Shown here: positions 52,192 through 62,608 of the stretch, piece after piece | Layout: every line of letters starts with the position of its first letter | Numbering within the stretch: position 1 is the first letter of the stretch | From: Bartonella sp. HY328 | GTDB taxonomy: Bacteria; Pseudomonadota; Alphaproteobacteria; Rhizobiales; Rhizobiaceae | Direction of reading: 5' to 3' | Assembly: GCF_025449335.1 (NCBI RefSeq) | Contig: NZ_CP104883.1 | Span: 2,475,224-2,539,223, forward strand | DNA: 64,000 nucleotides | The notes under the pieces: generated by a model | Databases searched by the model: none | Seen by the model: only the letters and a program-made list of their open reading frames with translations | What the model was told of the DNA's origin: nothing | Position numbers and translations under genes: made by a program

Positions 52192-53034
52192 CTACGATTT
52201 TAAATAGTCAAAATGATAGCGTAAATGATTATCCATAAAAGTTGAAATGAAGAAATATGAATGGTCATAACCTTCACGCATATTTAAAGTAAGTGGCATA
52301 TTCGCCTTTTCACATGCTTCAACCAATAATTTGGGCTTTAAACCTTTTTCAAGAAAGCTATCATTACTGCCTTGATCGATCAGTAAATTATCGAGCCGCG
52401 CGCCATCTTCAATCAAGCATACACTATCATAGCTACGCCATTTTGCACTATCCTCTCCAAGGTATTTTTTTAACGCGCCAATAGACCAATCAGAGGTTGA
52501 CGGATTAACAATCGGCGCAAAGGCAGAAACCGACTTAAACCGCAAAGGATTTTTAAGTGCAATCATCATCGCACCATGGCCACCCATAGAGTGTCCCATA
52601 ATTGATTGATGGTTCATATCAATGGCAAAATTATCTGCAATGAATGCGGGCAATTCCTCGACAATATAGGAATACATATTATAGTTTTTAGCAAAAGGAG
52701 CCTCTAGCGCATCAACATAAAAACCAGCGCCCTTACCAAATTGCCAATTATCAGGTTCATCGGGCACATCATCACCACGCGGACTGGTGTCAGGGCAAAT
52801 TATTGCCACCCCAAGCTCGGCCGCCAAACGCCGATATTCGCCCTTATCCATAACATTTTGGTGGCTGCAGGTAAGCCCTGATAGAAACCATAACAAAGGC
52901 ACTTTGACTTTAGAATTTTTTGTTTGTGGCGGCATAAATAAAGCAAAAGTCATATCGCAATGATTAACCAAAGACTTATGCCGATAGACGCCTTGAACAC
53001 CACCAAAGCTAAGGGCTTGTGAAACTATTTCCAT
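52192..53034 (-). CDS. fghA: S-formylglutathione hydrolase (esterase D).
   Basis: 280 aa with GHSMGGHGA. It is adjacent to frmA, as in the formaldehyde detoxification operon. Confidence 0.85.
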   Translation of the reverse strand: MEIVSQALSFGGVQGVYRHKSLVNHCDMTFALFMPPQTKNSKVKVPLLWFLSGLTCSHQNVMDKGEYRRLAAELGVAIICPDTSPRGDDVPDEPDNWQFGKGAGFYVDALEAPFAKNYNMYSYIVEELPAFIADNFAIDMNHQSIMGHSMGGHGAMMIALKNPLRFKSVSAFAPIVNPSTSDWSIGALKKYLGEDSAKWRSYDSVCLIEDGARLDNLLIDQGSNDSFLEKGLKPKLLVEACEKANMPLTLNMREGYDHSYFFISTFMDNHLRYHFDYLKS

Positions 53035-53070
53035 CTGGCTTACCTTTTTATATTTTGGCCAATAAGATTT

Positions 53071-54183
53071 TTAATAAAGAATAACCGAGCGGATTGATTT
53101 TCCTTCATGCATCAGGTCAAAAGCGGAATTAATCTCATCAAGCGGCATGGTATGCGTAATAAGACTGTCAATATCTATCTTGCCTTCCATATACCAATCG
53201 ACAATTTTTGGCACATCGGTGCGCCCTCTTGCACCACCAAAGGCTGAACCTTTCCACACGCGTCCGGTCACCAATTGGAAAGGACGGGTTGAAATTTCAG
53301 CACCTGATGGCGCAACGCCAATAATAATAGCTTCACCCCAGCCGCGATGACAACATTCCAATGCCTGGCGCATAGTGTGAACATTGCCGATACATTCAAA
53401 AGAAAAATCTGCGCCGCCGCCGGTAATATCTTGAATAGCTTCAACCACCTTATCGCGGCCAACATCATCAGGATTGATAAAATGGGTCATACCAAATTTT
53501 TTAGCAAGCTCAACTTTTGATGGATTTAAATCAACACCAATAATTTTATCAGCGCCAACCATACGCGCACCTTGAATGACGTTAAGACCAATGCCGCCAA
53601 GCCCAAAGACAACAACATTGGCTCCTGGCCAAACCTTGCCTGTATAAACAACCGCGCCAATACCAGTGGTGACGCCGCAACCAATATAGCAAATCTTATC
53701 AAAAGGCGCATCTTCGCGCACTTTTGCAACTGCAATTTCTGGCAAAACGGTAAAGTTAGAAAAAGTTGAGCACCCCATATAGTGAAAAATTTCACCGCCA
53801 TCACAAGAAAAGCGCGATGTTTCATCAGGCATTAGCCCCAAACCTTGGGTAGAGCGGATTGATGTGCAAAGGTTAGAGCGTTGTGAAAGGCAGGTTTTGC
53901 AGCCACGGCATTCCGGCGTATAAAGTGGAATAACATGATCGCCCACTTTTACCGATGTGACACCTGCACCGATTTCACGCACAATGCCAGCGCCTTCATG
54001 ACCAAGAATGGCTGGGAACCGTCCTTCAGAATCGAGCCCCGAAAGCGTATAAGCATCGGTATGGCAAACGCCTGTTGCCATAATCTCAACAAGAACCTCA
54101 CCGGCCTTTGGCCCACCAATCTCGATGGTTTCAATGGTAAGGGGTTTTTTAGCTTCCCAAGCAACTGCCGCACGTGTTTTCAT
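53071..54183 (-). CDS. frmA: S-(hydroxymethyl)glutathione dehydrogenase / class III alcohol dehydrogenase.
   Basis: Zn-ADH with GVCHTD and GHEGAG motifs. 370 aa. Confidence 0.85.
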   Translation of the reverse strand: MKTRAAVAWEAKKPLTIETIEIGGPKAGEVLVEIMATGVCHTDAYTLSGLDSEGRFPAILGHEGAGIVREIGAGVTSVKVGDHVIPLYTPECRGCKTCLSQRSNLCTSIRSTQGLGLMPDETSRFSCDGGEIFHYMGCSTFSNFTVLPEIAVAKVREDAPFDKICYIGCGVTTGIGAVVYTGKVWPGANVVVFGLGGIGLNVIQGARMVGADKIIGVDLNPSKVELAKKFGMTHFINPDDVGRDKVVEAIQDITGGGADFSFECIGNVHTMRQALECCHRGWGEAIIIGVAPSGAEISTRPFQLVTGRVWKGSAFGGARGRTDVPKIVDWYMEGKIDIDSLITHTMPLDEINSAFDLMHEGKSIRSVILY

Positions 54184-54258
54184 AATTTACTCCATTAAAT
54201 TGATATTTGCGCTTCAGCTTGCACTTTAGATTTGAAGCTAGTAGGGTTTTGAATACCT

Positions 54259-54540
54259 TAGGGTCAGGACCTATTAATTTAAATGAAATGGCACAATAAA
54301 CAGCAAAAATTTACAAGAAGGAAAGCGATAAGTGGGTGGTATACCCATTTGAGCTTTACGACGTAGTAGATTACAGCTGTTTTTGTGTCCTTTCAGGATA
54401 TAGGAAATTTTCGCGATAACTTTGTCGAATATCCTTGAAAATATTCATATTTCCTGTGGATCTTCTCACCTTTAATCTTTAGGTTTTCACAAAAATTTCC
54501 TCATACCATTTCGTTCAAATTAATAGGTCCTGACCCTAAT
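54259..54540. mobile_element. MITE-like non-autonomous element, 282 bp, with perfect 23-bp terminal inverted repeats TTAGGGTCAGGACCTATTAATTT.
   Basis: The left end at 54259-54281 and the right end at 54518-54540 are exact reverse complements. The interior has no ORF and contains short internal palindromes. A related solo end lies at 18051-18079. Confidence 0.55.
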
Positions 54541-54695
54541 CAAATACACCAACCCAATAATTTACAATAATTCAAGATTATGCGATTCCTTAGCCTTATT
54601 AAATGCTCTCTTTATAATTTATTTTCTGTGCCTTATTTATTCGGGGCTTTTTGGTAGAAAATTAAACCATATTTGATAGCGGATTTGCTGGTCTC

Positions 54696-56042
54696 TTGAC
54701 AAAGGCAAATAGAATACCGTCTATAAACATATTCATGTTAAGGGTTAAGGCAGCCATGTATAGTCATTATTTTGAACGCGCATCCAATCATTCTCGCCTT
54801 TTACGCCTTGTTACTCTTATACGCATCAGATGGTTTGCTATCATATGCCAAACATCTTCAGTATTGTTTGTTGCCCTTTATTTTGGCTTCCCCCTGCCTT
54901 TAAGAGCAGCAATGGTGACAATCGCTTTTTCGGCATTGGTCAATATTTTTCTCAATTTTTATTATCCACCCAATCATCGTTTATCTCCAATAGGCACGAC
55001 CTTATTATTAGGACTTGATATTGCATTATTATCCATTTTGTTATTTTTTACTGGCGGTTTGCAAAATCCATTTTCTGTGTTGATGATCGCCCCTGCAGCT
55101 CTAGCAGCAACTTCTCTTGAAGTGCGCTTCATCGTTTTACTCAACCTTTTTGTCATAGGTTGTGCAACCCTTTTGGCTGTCAAATACTTACCTTTGCCTT
55201 GGTACCAAGGCACGATAATAGAATTACCACCATTGTTTATTTTGGGCGTTTGGGCAGCTATCATATCATCATTAACTTTTACCACTTTTTATTCCTTCCG
55301 CGTTGCCGAAGAAGCACGCAAACTTGCCGATGCATTGACCGATACAGAGCTAATTTTATTACAAGAAAAGCACCTTTCAGCATTAGATGGCATTGCGGCG
55401 GCGGCGGCCCATGAGCTTGGCACACCGCTTGCAACCATTCAGCTCGTCGCCAAAGAATTAAGTATTCAATTAAAAAATGATGCAACGGTGCAAGAAGATG
55501 TTGCACTGCTTATTAGCCAAAGTCAAAGATGCCGCGAAATATTACAGCGCCTTACAAGCCTCTCAACCGAAACCCCCGATCATTTTGCTGTATTAAAACT
55601 TACCTCAGCGATTGAGGAAGCTGTAGCACCACTGCGTGACTTTGACATTGATATAATAGTCACCAATATTGGCTCTACCGATAAGGAGCCGGAAATTGCC
55701 CGCAACCCCGGTATTTTATATGGTATTGGCAACTTAGTCGAAAATGCGGTTGATTTTGCCCGCAGCAAAGTTATCATTAATTATAAATGGACCAATAAGG
55801 ACGTAGAAATTATTATTACCGATGACGGCATGGGCTTTCCACCTCATATTATTGACCGTATTGGCGAGCCATATACCACCAGCCGCGAAACTGATAGCCA
55901 TGGTGGTGGCCTTGGTCTTGGTTTATTTATTGCCAAAACCTTGCTTGAACGCTCGGGGGCTATGATTGAATTTCGAAATAATCCTGACTCTGCGCTAGGT
56001 GCCGAAATCAAAATTTTATGGCCACGATCGGCATTAAGTTGA
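54696..56042 (+). CDS. regB: Redox-responsive sensor histidine kinase of the RegB/PrrB/ActS family.
   Basis: Polytopic N-terminus. H-box AAAAHELGTPLATI. HATPase_c with GGGLGLGLFIAK. The true start is probably one of the internal Met codons. Confidence 0.8.
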   Translation: MTKANRIPSINIFMLRVKAAMYSHYFERASNHSRLLRLVTLIRIRWFAIICQTSSVLFVALYFGFPLPLRAAMVTIAFSALVNIFLNFYYPPNHRLSPIGTTLLLGLDIALLSILLFFTGGLQNPFSVLMIAPAALAATSLEVRFIVLLNLFVIGCATLLAVKYLPLPWYQGTIIELPPLFILGVWAAIISSLTFTTFYSFRVAEEARKLADALTDTELILLQEKHLSALDGIAAAAAHELGTPLATIQLVAKELSIQLKNDATVQEDVALLISQSQRCREILQRLTSLSTETPDHFAVLKLTSAIEEAVAPLRDFDIDIIVTNIGSTDKEPEIARNPGILYGIGNLVENAVDFARSKVIINYKWTNKDVEIIITDDGMGFPPHIIDRIGEPYTTSRETDSHGGGLGLGLFIAKTLLERSGAMIEFRNNPDSALGAEIKILWPRSALS

Positions 56043-56283
56043 TAGGCTATATGATTGAACCATTTTAAATTACCAATTATCAATATTATTGGTCACAATA
56101 ATGAAATACACAGACTAAAACCGTTAATCGTCACTTTATAACATTTAAAAGCTTTAACTAAAGCAGTTTTAATTTTAAGGTTTGACACAGAAACAAGTCT
56201 TGGCGATAAAGAGCCATAGGAAACAACTTTTTTAGCTTGTGCATTAAATTATTTTATTCGACACAAGTTTTATTGGGTAAAAG

Positions 56284-56856
56284 ATGGATATAAATATGCA
56301 GGAAGACCAAGAAGAAGAAAACTTGGTTGCTGGAAAAACACTCCTCTTAGTAGATGATGATCGTCCTTTTTTACAAAGATTGGCACGAGCCATGGAAGCA
56401 CGTGGTTTTATCGTTACTGCAGTTGAGACTGTTCGTGATGCTATTAGCATGCTTCATGCCAATGCGGCACCAGATTTTGCAGTTATCGATCTCAAGCTAA
56501 CTGACGGTAACGGTATGGACGTTATCGAAGAAATGCGCAATCACAGCGCCCAAACACGGGTTATTGTTTTAACCGGCTTTGGTAATATTGCCTCTGCAGT
56601 TAATGCAGTTAAACTAGGGGCAATTGATTATTTGGCCAAGCCTGCTGATGCTGATGAAGTTTTTGAAGCCTTGACCCGATTACCAGGACAAAAGGCAACA
56701 ATTCCTGAAAATCCAATGTCAGCAGATCGTGTGCGCTGGGAACATATTCAACGGGTTTATGAAATGTGCGACCGTAACGTGTCTGAAACTGCGCGTCGTC
56801 TTAATATGCACCGGCGTACATTGCAGCGTATTTTAGCCAAACATGCACCTAAATAG
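56284..56856 (+). CDS. regA: Response regulator of the RegA/PrrA/ActR family.
   Basis: Receiver domain (LLVDDD). Highly conserved C-terminal HTH NVSETARRLNMHRRTLQRILAKHAPK. Confidence 0.85.
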   Translation: MDINMQEDQEEENLVAGKTLLLVDDDRPFLQRLARAMEARGFIVTAVETVRDAISMLHANAAPDFAVIDLKLTDGNGMDVIEEMRNHSAQTRVIVLTGFGNIASAVNAVKLGAIDYLAKPADADEVFEALTRLPGQKATIPENPMSADRVRWEHIQRVYEMCDRNVSETARRLNMHRRTLQRILAKHAPK

Positions 56857-56873
56857 GCAAACATATAAACATT

Positions 56874-56922
56874 ATAAAGCGGATATATTGCAATAAAAAA
56901 ACATTATCCGCTTTATTTTAAT
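56874..56922 (+). terminator. Rho-independent terminator after regA (ataaagcggata...tatccgctttat followed by a T-tract).
   Basis: 12-bp inverted repeat followed by ttta. Confidence 0.6.
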
Positions 56923-57441
56923 CAAAGTAGCTTAAAAAGAGCGTTATATCCTTAGCATGCCCAGCAAAGGCACTTTCACCTTTCATAGATAATTTATAAT
57001 TAGGCTTCATAGCCAATACGCAAACCGCCAAGCTCAACAAAACATCGCGCAAAATACCTGCCTCACGATCACGGCTATTAGACCATTAGAACGCAAATTC
57101 AACAAAACTGCATAGAGCGCCTAGTTCTGGTTCACAAGCGGTTTAAAATAAAGGCTTCCACATATTGCTAGCAAATAGGATTCGTGGTTAATGTCGCCTT
57201 CCTTTTTAGCATAAGCTTCATCACCGCCTGAAAGAACCAAATAACCATAGCCCTGTAAGTCGCATAAAAGTTTCTGTTTTCGGAAGATAAAAATATCCTT
57301 TACCAAGGATATCGCATATCCGCCGACTATCTTCGCTCTAAGGTTCTACTACACTATTTTTCCATATGAGGATCCTGTTAAAACAGGTATAATAAAGAGT
57401 AAAAGGCTTTAATATTTTAACTTCCCAAAAAAAATTACCTT

Positions 57442-58422
57442 TTAAACCAATGCTTGCGCTTCCGGTTTAATCGCCGCTAACGCTTTTAAGAACCCCCGAT
57501 CCTCGTCTTCTTCATTATTAGGTGTTGTCAAAAGTTTCTCGCCATAAAAAAGCGAATTTGCACCAGCAAGAAAGCACAAGATTTGTGCCTCTTTATTAAG
57601 TAACGAGCGGCCTGCCGCAAGACGAATGACGGACTTTGGCATAATGATCCGCGCTGTTGCGATCATGCGAATATGCTCAAGCGGATCCACTGTTTTTTGA
57701 TTTTGCAAAGGTGTGCCAATAACAGGCACTAAAGCATTTATCGGTACACTTTCAGGGTGCGGATAAAGTCGCGCCAAAACTTGTAACATCGAAGAGCGAT
57801 CTTTTATAGTTTCCCCAAGACCGATAATCCCACCGCAGCAAAGTTCAATCTGTTCATCACGCAAATATTGCAAGGTTTGCAAACGATCGTCAAATGTTCG
57901 AGTGGTAATAATATTGCTATAAAATTGCGGACTTGTATCAATATTATGATTATAAGCAGTAAGGCCAGCCTGCTTCAACTTTTTTGCTTGATGGGGCTTT
58001 AACATACCAAGGGTGACGCAGGCCTCCATGCCCAAATGCCGAATACCTCGCACCATTTCAAGCACCGCGTCAAATTCTGGGCCATCTTTGACTTGCCGCC
58101 AAGCTGCTGCCAAGCAAAATCGCGATGCGCCTGCTTGTTTTGCTAAAAGTGCGAGCTCTATCACCTTTTGAGGCTGCATTAGCTTATCACGAGTAAGTTC
58201 CGTTTCCTTATGATGTGCAGATTGCGAACAATAGGCACAATTTTCAGGACAACCGCCGGTTTTAATCGACAAAAGGCTCGCCATCTGTATTTCGGCTTTT
58301 GGATGATATTGGCGGTGTACGTCATTTGCTTTACTCAAAAGCTCCAATAAAGGCAGGCAATAAAGTGCTTCAATTTCTGCTATTGTCCAATCATAGCGCA
58401 AATTTGCTGTATGATTGCTCAT
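57442..58422 (-). CDS. bioB: Biotin synthase (radical SAM).
   Basis: [11 protein letters not shown] radical-SAM cluster motif. 326 aa. Confidence 0.9.
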   Translation of the reverse strand: MSNHTANLRYDWTIAEIEALYCLPLLELLSKANDVHRQYHPKAEIQMASLLSIKTGGCPENCAYCSQSAHHKETELTRDKLMQPQKVIELALLAKQAGASRFCLAAAWRQVKDGPEFDAVLEMVRGIRHLGMEACVTLGMLKPHQAKKLKQAGLTAYNHNIDTSPQFYSNIITTRTFDDRLQTLQYLRDEQIELCCGGIIGLGETIKDRSSMLQVLARLYPHPESVPINALVPVIGTPLQNQKTVDPLEHIRMIATARIIMPKSVIRLAAGRSLLNKEAQILCFLAGANSLFYGEKLLTTPNNEEDEDRGFLKALAAIKPEAQALV

Positions 58423-58973
58423 TTGCTTCGCACCTTAATATTTTTAACGCCGGACCAAAGCCCAATAGCTAAAGTAAGCTTTAAAAAATCACTCAAAACA
58501 AAAGGAAATACACCAACATACAGCAATTGGTTAGCTGGTACATAAAGGGAAAGCCATAAGGTGCCAATAAAATAGATAAGCAATAATAGTGTAATTGCAC
58601 CTAATATGACTTTGTATAGAGAGAAGTTACGCATATAGCCGATAAGCGTGCCAGCTATAACAAAACCAATAAGATAACCACCACTTGGACCAAGAATATA
58701 GGTAAGACCTAGCCCTCGCTCTGGTGAATTGGCAAAGACTGGAAAACCAGCCGCACCAATGGTTAAAAATGCCATTAATGTCAAAAATGCATAACGCCCA
58801 CCACCCAGTAAGCCCAATGAAAAGACCACCGCTACCTGCATAGACATTGGAATTGGCCAAAATGGAATTTGAATTTTCGATGAAATAATAAGTGCCGCTA
58901 AACCAGCAACAAAAGCCACAACATGTTTAAGGCTAATTTGGGTAAGCGATAGGGTAGAATGCGCTGTTTTCAT
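58419..58973 (-). CDS. bioY: Biotin transporter BioY (ECF S-component).
   Basis: 184 aa, 5-6 TM helices, BioY-like. It overlaps bioB by 4 nt. Confidence 0.8.
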   Translation of the reverse strand: MKTAHSTLSLTQISLKHVVAFVAGLAALIISSKIQIPFWPIPMSMQVAVVFSLGLLGGGRYAFLTLMAFLTIGAAGFPVFANSPERGLGLTYILGPSGGYLIGFVIAGTLIGYMRNFSLYKVILGAITLLLLIYFIGTLWLSLYVPANQLLYVGVFPFVLSDFLKLTLAIGLWSGVKNIKVRSK

Positions 58974-58986
58974 ATTAATCTCAATT

Positions 58987-59077
58987 TTATCTATAATTTT
59001 AAATGATTCCTAATAAATACTACACCAAATTTTATTAACAAATCAATATAGTATATTTATTTTAATTTTATCTATAA
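58987..59077. promoter_or_regulatory. Two copies of TTATCTATAA, each inside an 18-bp direct repeat aattttatctataatttt, upstream of bioY. They match the BioR (GntR-family) operator pattern TTATMKATAA.
   Basis: Exact 10-mers at 58987-58996 and 59068-59077, read directly. The BioR-motif assignment rests on my recollection of the alphaproteobacterial BioR box. Confidence 0.4.
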
Positions 59078-59155
59078 TTTTTAAAGCGCAAAAAAAATGG
59101 CGGAATGAATTATCACTCCACCATCTCAAGTCATTATTTATAAAAATCAAACTAA

Positions 59156-59905
59156 TTAGTTTTCGTCAACCTTACGTTCATTTAAAGGTTGAATAGGACG
59201 ATTATTATGATGCTTTAGGATTTTAGCCAATTCTTCAACCTGATCTTTTCCGATTGTTTTAGTATCTTTAAGCACGATCCAAGTTACACCTTCACTGCAA
59301 GGAGGTGTCGTCAAAGAACCATCAAAATGATAATAATGTTCGGTATTTGGGATCATATCATCCAAATCAATTTCTTCACCAACATCAACCGTCTTGTCAT
59401 GTTCTTCAGGAATGCTTGTTAAAATTTGTTTGAATGACTTGCTTTCTTTACCCTCTTCAAACATTACAGCAAGAACAAGCAATTTACCTTCTTTGGTAGC
59501 ATGCACAAAATGTGCTTCCAATGGGAAGGAACGCTTCATAATTGTATTTTCACTTGGTACGTGGAAATGGAACTGCTTGAGGTAATATTTTTCACCCTTA
59601 AAAGTCAAATAATCATCGGCATTTTTAGGGGAGACTTGAATTGTATGACCATTATTTACCAACTCATCAGCGGTGATTTCATAATGCAACTCAATTGGAC
59701 TTTTTTCGCTGCTTTCATGAATTTCTTGAATATCGATCGGCGACTGATTTTTACCAATCTTACATTGGGCGTATTCTGGCGCCAAATCACCCCAATATTC
59801 AGGCCCCTCGGCTCCTTCATAGCCCCAATGCACGCCAGCAGAAGCTACACAAACCAATGAGAGAGAGAAAACACTAGAAAGAATGAGAGTTTTAATTTTT
59901 TTCAT
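59156..59905 (-). CDS. Alpha-class carbonic anhydrase, periplasmic.
   Basis: Signal peptide MKKIKTLILSSVFSLSLVCVASA. Zn-ligand region FHFHVPSEN...EAHFVH. AAGGG precedes the ATG at 59905. Confidence 0.8.
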   Translation of the reverse strand: MKKIKTLILSSVFSLSLVCVASAGVHWGYEGAEGPEYWGDLAPEYAQCKIGKNQSPIDIQEIHESSEKSPIELHYEITADELVNNGHTIQVSPKNADDYLTFKGEKYYLKQFHFHVPSENTIMKRSFPLEAHFVHATKEGKLLVLAVMFEEGKESKSFKQILTSIPEEHDKTVDVGEEIDLDDMIPNTEHYYHFDGSLTTPPCSEGVTWIVLKDTKTIGKDQVEELAKILKHHNNRPIQPLNERKVDEN

Positions 59906-60748
59906 AATAACGCCCTTATGCATATAAATATGAATTTAAATTTTTACATCACACTAAAATGCTAATCACTTCAGCGAAAATGCTTATTATTGTTACCTAG
60001 CGCAACACATATAAAAGGCAATCCGCCTTTAAATGCCCGCTATTAAAATGCACTTCACATTCATGTTAAACCAAACCTGTTAGACATTACTGCAAGCAAT
60101 CAGCAAATTATATTTATTCATTTTGCCCAACAAACCATCGAACTCAAACATAAAACATAACTATATTTGACAAGTTTAATTTAAAATACCTATGACAAGT
60201 AAAACACTTTAATGAGCACTGGATAATCTCAAAAACAATAAATTGCAAATGACAATGTTTAACAAATTGAAAGTAAAAATCTGCAAAAAATGCTTCAATA
60301 ATTTTTGCCATATTTTGAGCAAATTTTAGGAATCCAAGCTATGAAAATTAGCTAAACATCTTTTTAAATTACTATTAGTCTAATAAAATCAGCAATATGT
60401 CTATAATTAAAAAATAGCCAACCCCATTTAAATACGAACACAATTTAAGCATAATAAGCTAAAAACAAGTTTCAGCACTTCAACTTTGACATGAAACTGG
60501 TTCACATTTCGATATTCTAATATATAAGCAATCACAAATATATTACTGAATATGCCAAAAAAATCTCTGTTTTGTGCAATTATGGGTAAAGTCATATAGT
60601 TTTGCAAAAAAACATACGGAGAGTTTTAGGAATCTTAAACATAATACCACTAAGGCCAAGGTGGCATATTGGAGGAAGTAAAGGATCACTCCCAATAGCT
60701 CCTAGAATGCTATTGCCTCCATACGCTAGCCACGCAATGCATCAAAAC

Positions 60749-62413
60749 TCACATATTGGGATATACTGGTCCTTCGCCCCCCTGCGGACAAGTCCAATTA
60801 ATATTTTGATTAGGATCTTTAATATCGCATGTTTTACAATGAACGCAATTTTGGGCATTAATGACGTAAGTTTCCTTGCCATCTTTCTCCACCCATTCAT
60901 AAACACCAGCAGGACAATAGCGCGTTGATGGGCCTGCATACTTACTAAATTCAGATGCTTCTTGCACGTCCAATGATGCCAATTTTAAATGGCAAGGCTG
61001 ATCTTCCTCATGATTGGTATTGGACAAAAAGACTGAAGACAAGCGATCAAAAGTCAACACATTATCAGGCTTTGGATAGTCGATTTTTTGGTGCTTTTCG
61101 GCAGGCTCTAAACAGGCATAATCAGCCTTGCCGTGTGACAGGGTACCAAAAATTGAAAATTTTAATAATTGCTGGCACCACAAATCAAAACCACCCAGCG
61201 CAACCCCAAGCTTGCTACCAAATTTTGACCAAAGTGGCTTAAAATTGCGCACAGGATAGAGATCCTTACCTATTGCACTTTGCCGCCATTCATTTTCAAT
61301 TTCTACAACTTCGTCCTGCGCCCTACCTTCAGCTATTGCTTTTGCAATATGATTTGCAGCATAAAGTCCAGATAAAACAGCATTGTGGGAACCTTTAATG
61401 CGCGGTACATTTACAAATCCGGCAGAACAACCAATAAGTGCGCCGCCCGCGAAAGTCAGTTTTGGCACGGATTGCCAGCCACCTTCGGTAATAACGCGTG
61501 CACCATAAGCAATACGCTTAGCACCTTCAAACAGTGGGGCAATGGCCGGATGGGTTTTAAAACGCTGAAATTCTTCAAAGGGTGACAAATAAGGGTTTTT
61601 ATAATTAAGGTGGACGACAAAGCCAACTGCCACCTGATTATCTTCTAAATGATACAGAAAAGATCCGCCACCGGTTTGATTATCCAATGGCCACCCAGCA
61701 CTATGCTGCACTAGGCCTGCCTTATGCTTTTCAGGGGCAACTTCCCAAAGCTCTTTAATGCCAATGCCAAATTTTTGCGGATCACGCCCCTGTTGAAGAT
61801 CAAAATGGCTAATCAATTGCTTAGCTAAAGAGCCGCGCGCACCTTCAGCAATTAACACATATTTGCCGAGCAATGCCATGCCAGGTGTATAATTAGGTCC
61901 TTGAGTACCATCGCGCTCAATCCCCATATCACCGGTAATTACGCCTTTGACGGCGCCATTATCATCAAAAACAACGTCAACCGCGGCAAAGCCTGGATAA
62001 ATATCAACGCCTAATGCTTCAGCCTGCTCAGCAAGCCAACGACAAACATTGCCCAGCGATACGATATAATTACCGTGATTGGATGTAAGTTTTGGCAACA
62101 TAAATGCTGGTACGATTTTCGCCTTAGTTGCGGTTAAATCAAAAAACACATCTTCAGTTACCGCAGTTTTAAAAGGATGGCTCGCATCTTCACGCCAATT
62201 GGGCAACAAAGCATCGATACCAATAGGATCAACTACCGCGCCAGAAAGAATATGGGCACCAACTTCAGCCCCTTTTTCAAGAACAACAATATTAAGATCA
62301 GGATTGATTTGTTTTAAGCGTATTGCTGCCGCAAGACCAGCTGGCCCTGCCCCAACAATAACAACATCAAAATCCATACTTTCCCGCTCTTGCGCGTCCA
62401 TATTACTGTCCAA
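60749..62413 (-). CDS. Electron-transfer flavoprotein:ubiquinone oxidoreductase.
   Basis: FAD motif DVVIVGAGPAG. C-terminal 4Fe-4S CVHCKTCD(I)K. 554 aa. Confidence 0.9.
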   Translation of the reverse strand: MDSNMDAQERESMDFDVVIVGAGPAGLAAAIRLKQINPDLNIVVLEKGAEVGAHILSGAVVDPIGIDALLPNWREDASHPFKTAVTEDVFFDLTATKAKIVPAFMLPKLTSNHGNYIVSLGNVCRWLAEQAEALGVDIYPGFAAVDVVFDDNGAVKGVITGDMGIERDGTQGPNYTPGMALLGKYVLIAEGARGSLAKQLISHFDLQQGRDPQKFGIGIKELWEVAPEKHKAGLVQHSAGWPLDNQTGGGSFLYHLEDNQVAVGFVVHLNYKNPYLSPFEEFQRFKTHPAIAPLFEGAKRIAYGARVITEGGWQSVPKLTFAGGALIGCSAGFVNVPRIKGSHNAVLSGLYAANHIAKAIAEGRAQDEVVEIENEWRQSAIGKDLYPVRNFKPLWSKFGSKLGVALGGFDLWCQQLLKFSIFGTLSHGKADYACLEPAEKHQKIDYPKPDNVLTFDRLSSVFLSNTNHEEDQPCHLKLASLDVQEASEFSKYAGPSTRYCPAGVYEWVEKDGKETYVINAQNCVHCKTCDIKDPNQNINWTCPQGGEGPVYPNM

Positions 62414-62608
62414 ACCATATCACTAAAATTGAATTTATATTTATTCTAATAACTTCCTCCCCCTCTAATATCAAGCAAGAATCGCTGCTCATCAGCTATA
62501 CAATATGTCACACACTGCACAATTGCGTTTTTGGCTGCAATAAACTAAAGGCTCCTTCCTTTTTAAACCTATGATAGTTTATTAAGGAGGGAGTAAACCG
62601 GAGTTTAA

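Noticed and set aside
58984-59082. Pair of 18-bp direct repeats considered as a mini-CRISPR array.
   Set aside because: There are only two copies, separated by 63 bp of AT-rich promoter DNA with no cas genes. The repeats contain a plausible BioR box, so an operator is the better explanation.
60602-61585. ORFs 60602..60928 +, 60955..61242 + and 61385..61585 + inside or antisense to the ETF-QO gene.
   Set aside because: Fully overlapped by the strongly supported ETF-QO frame on the opposite strand. No RBS and no family similarity.
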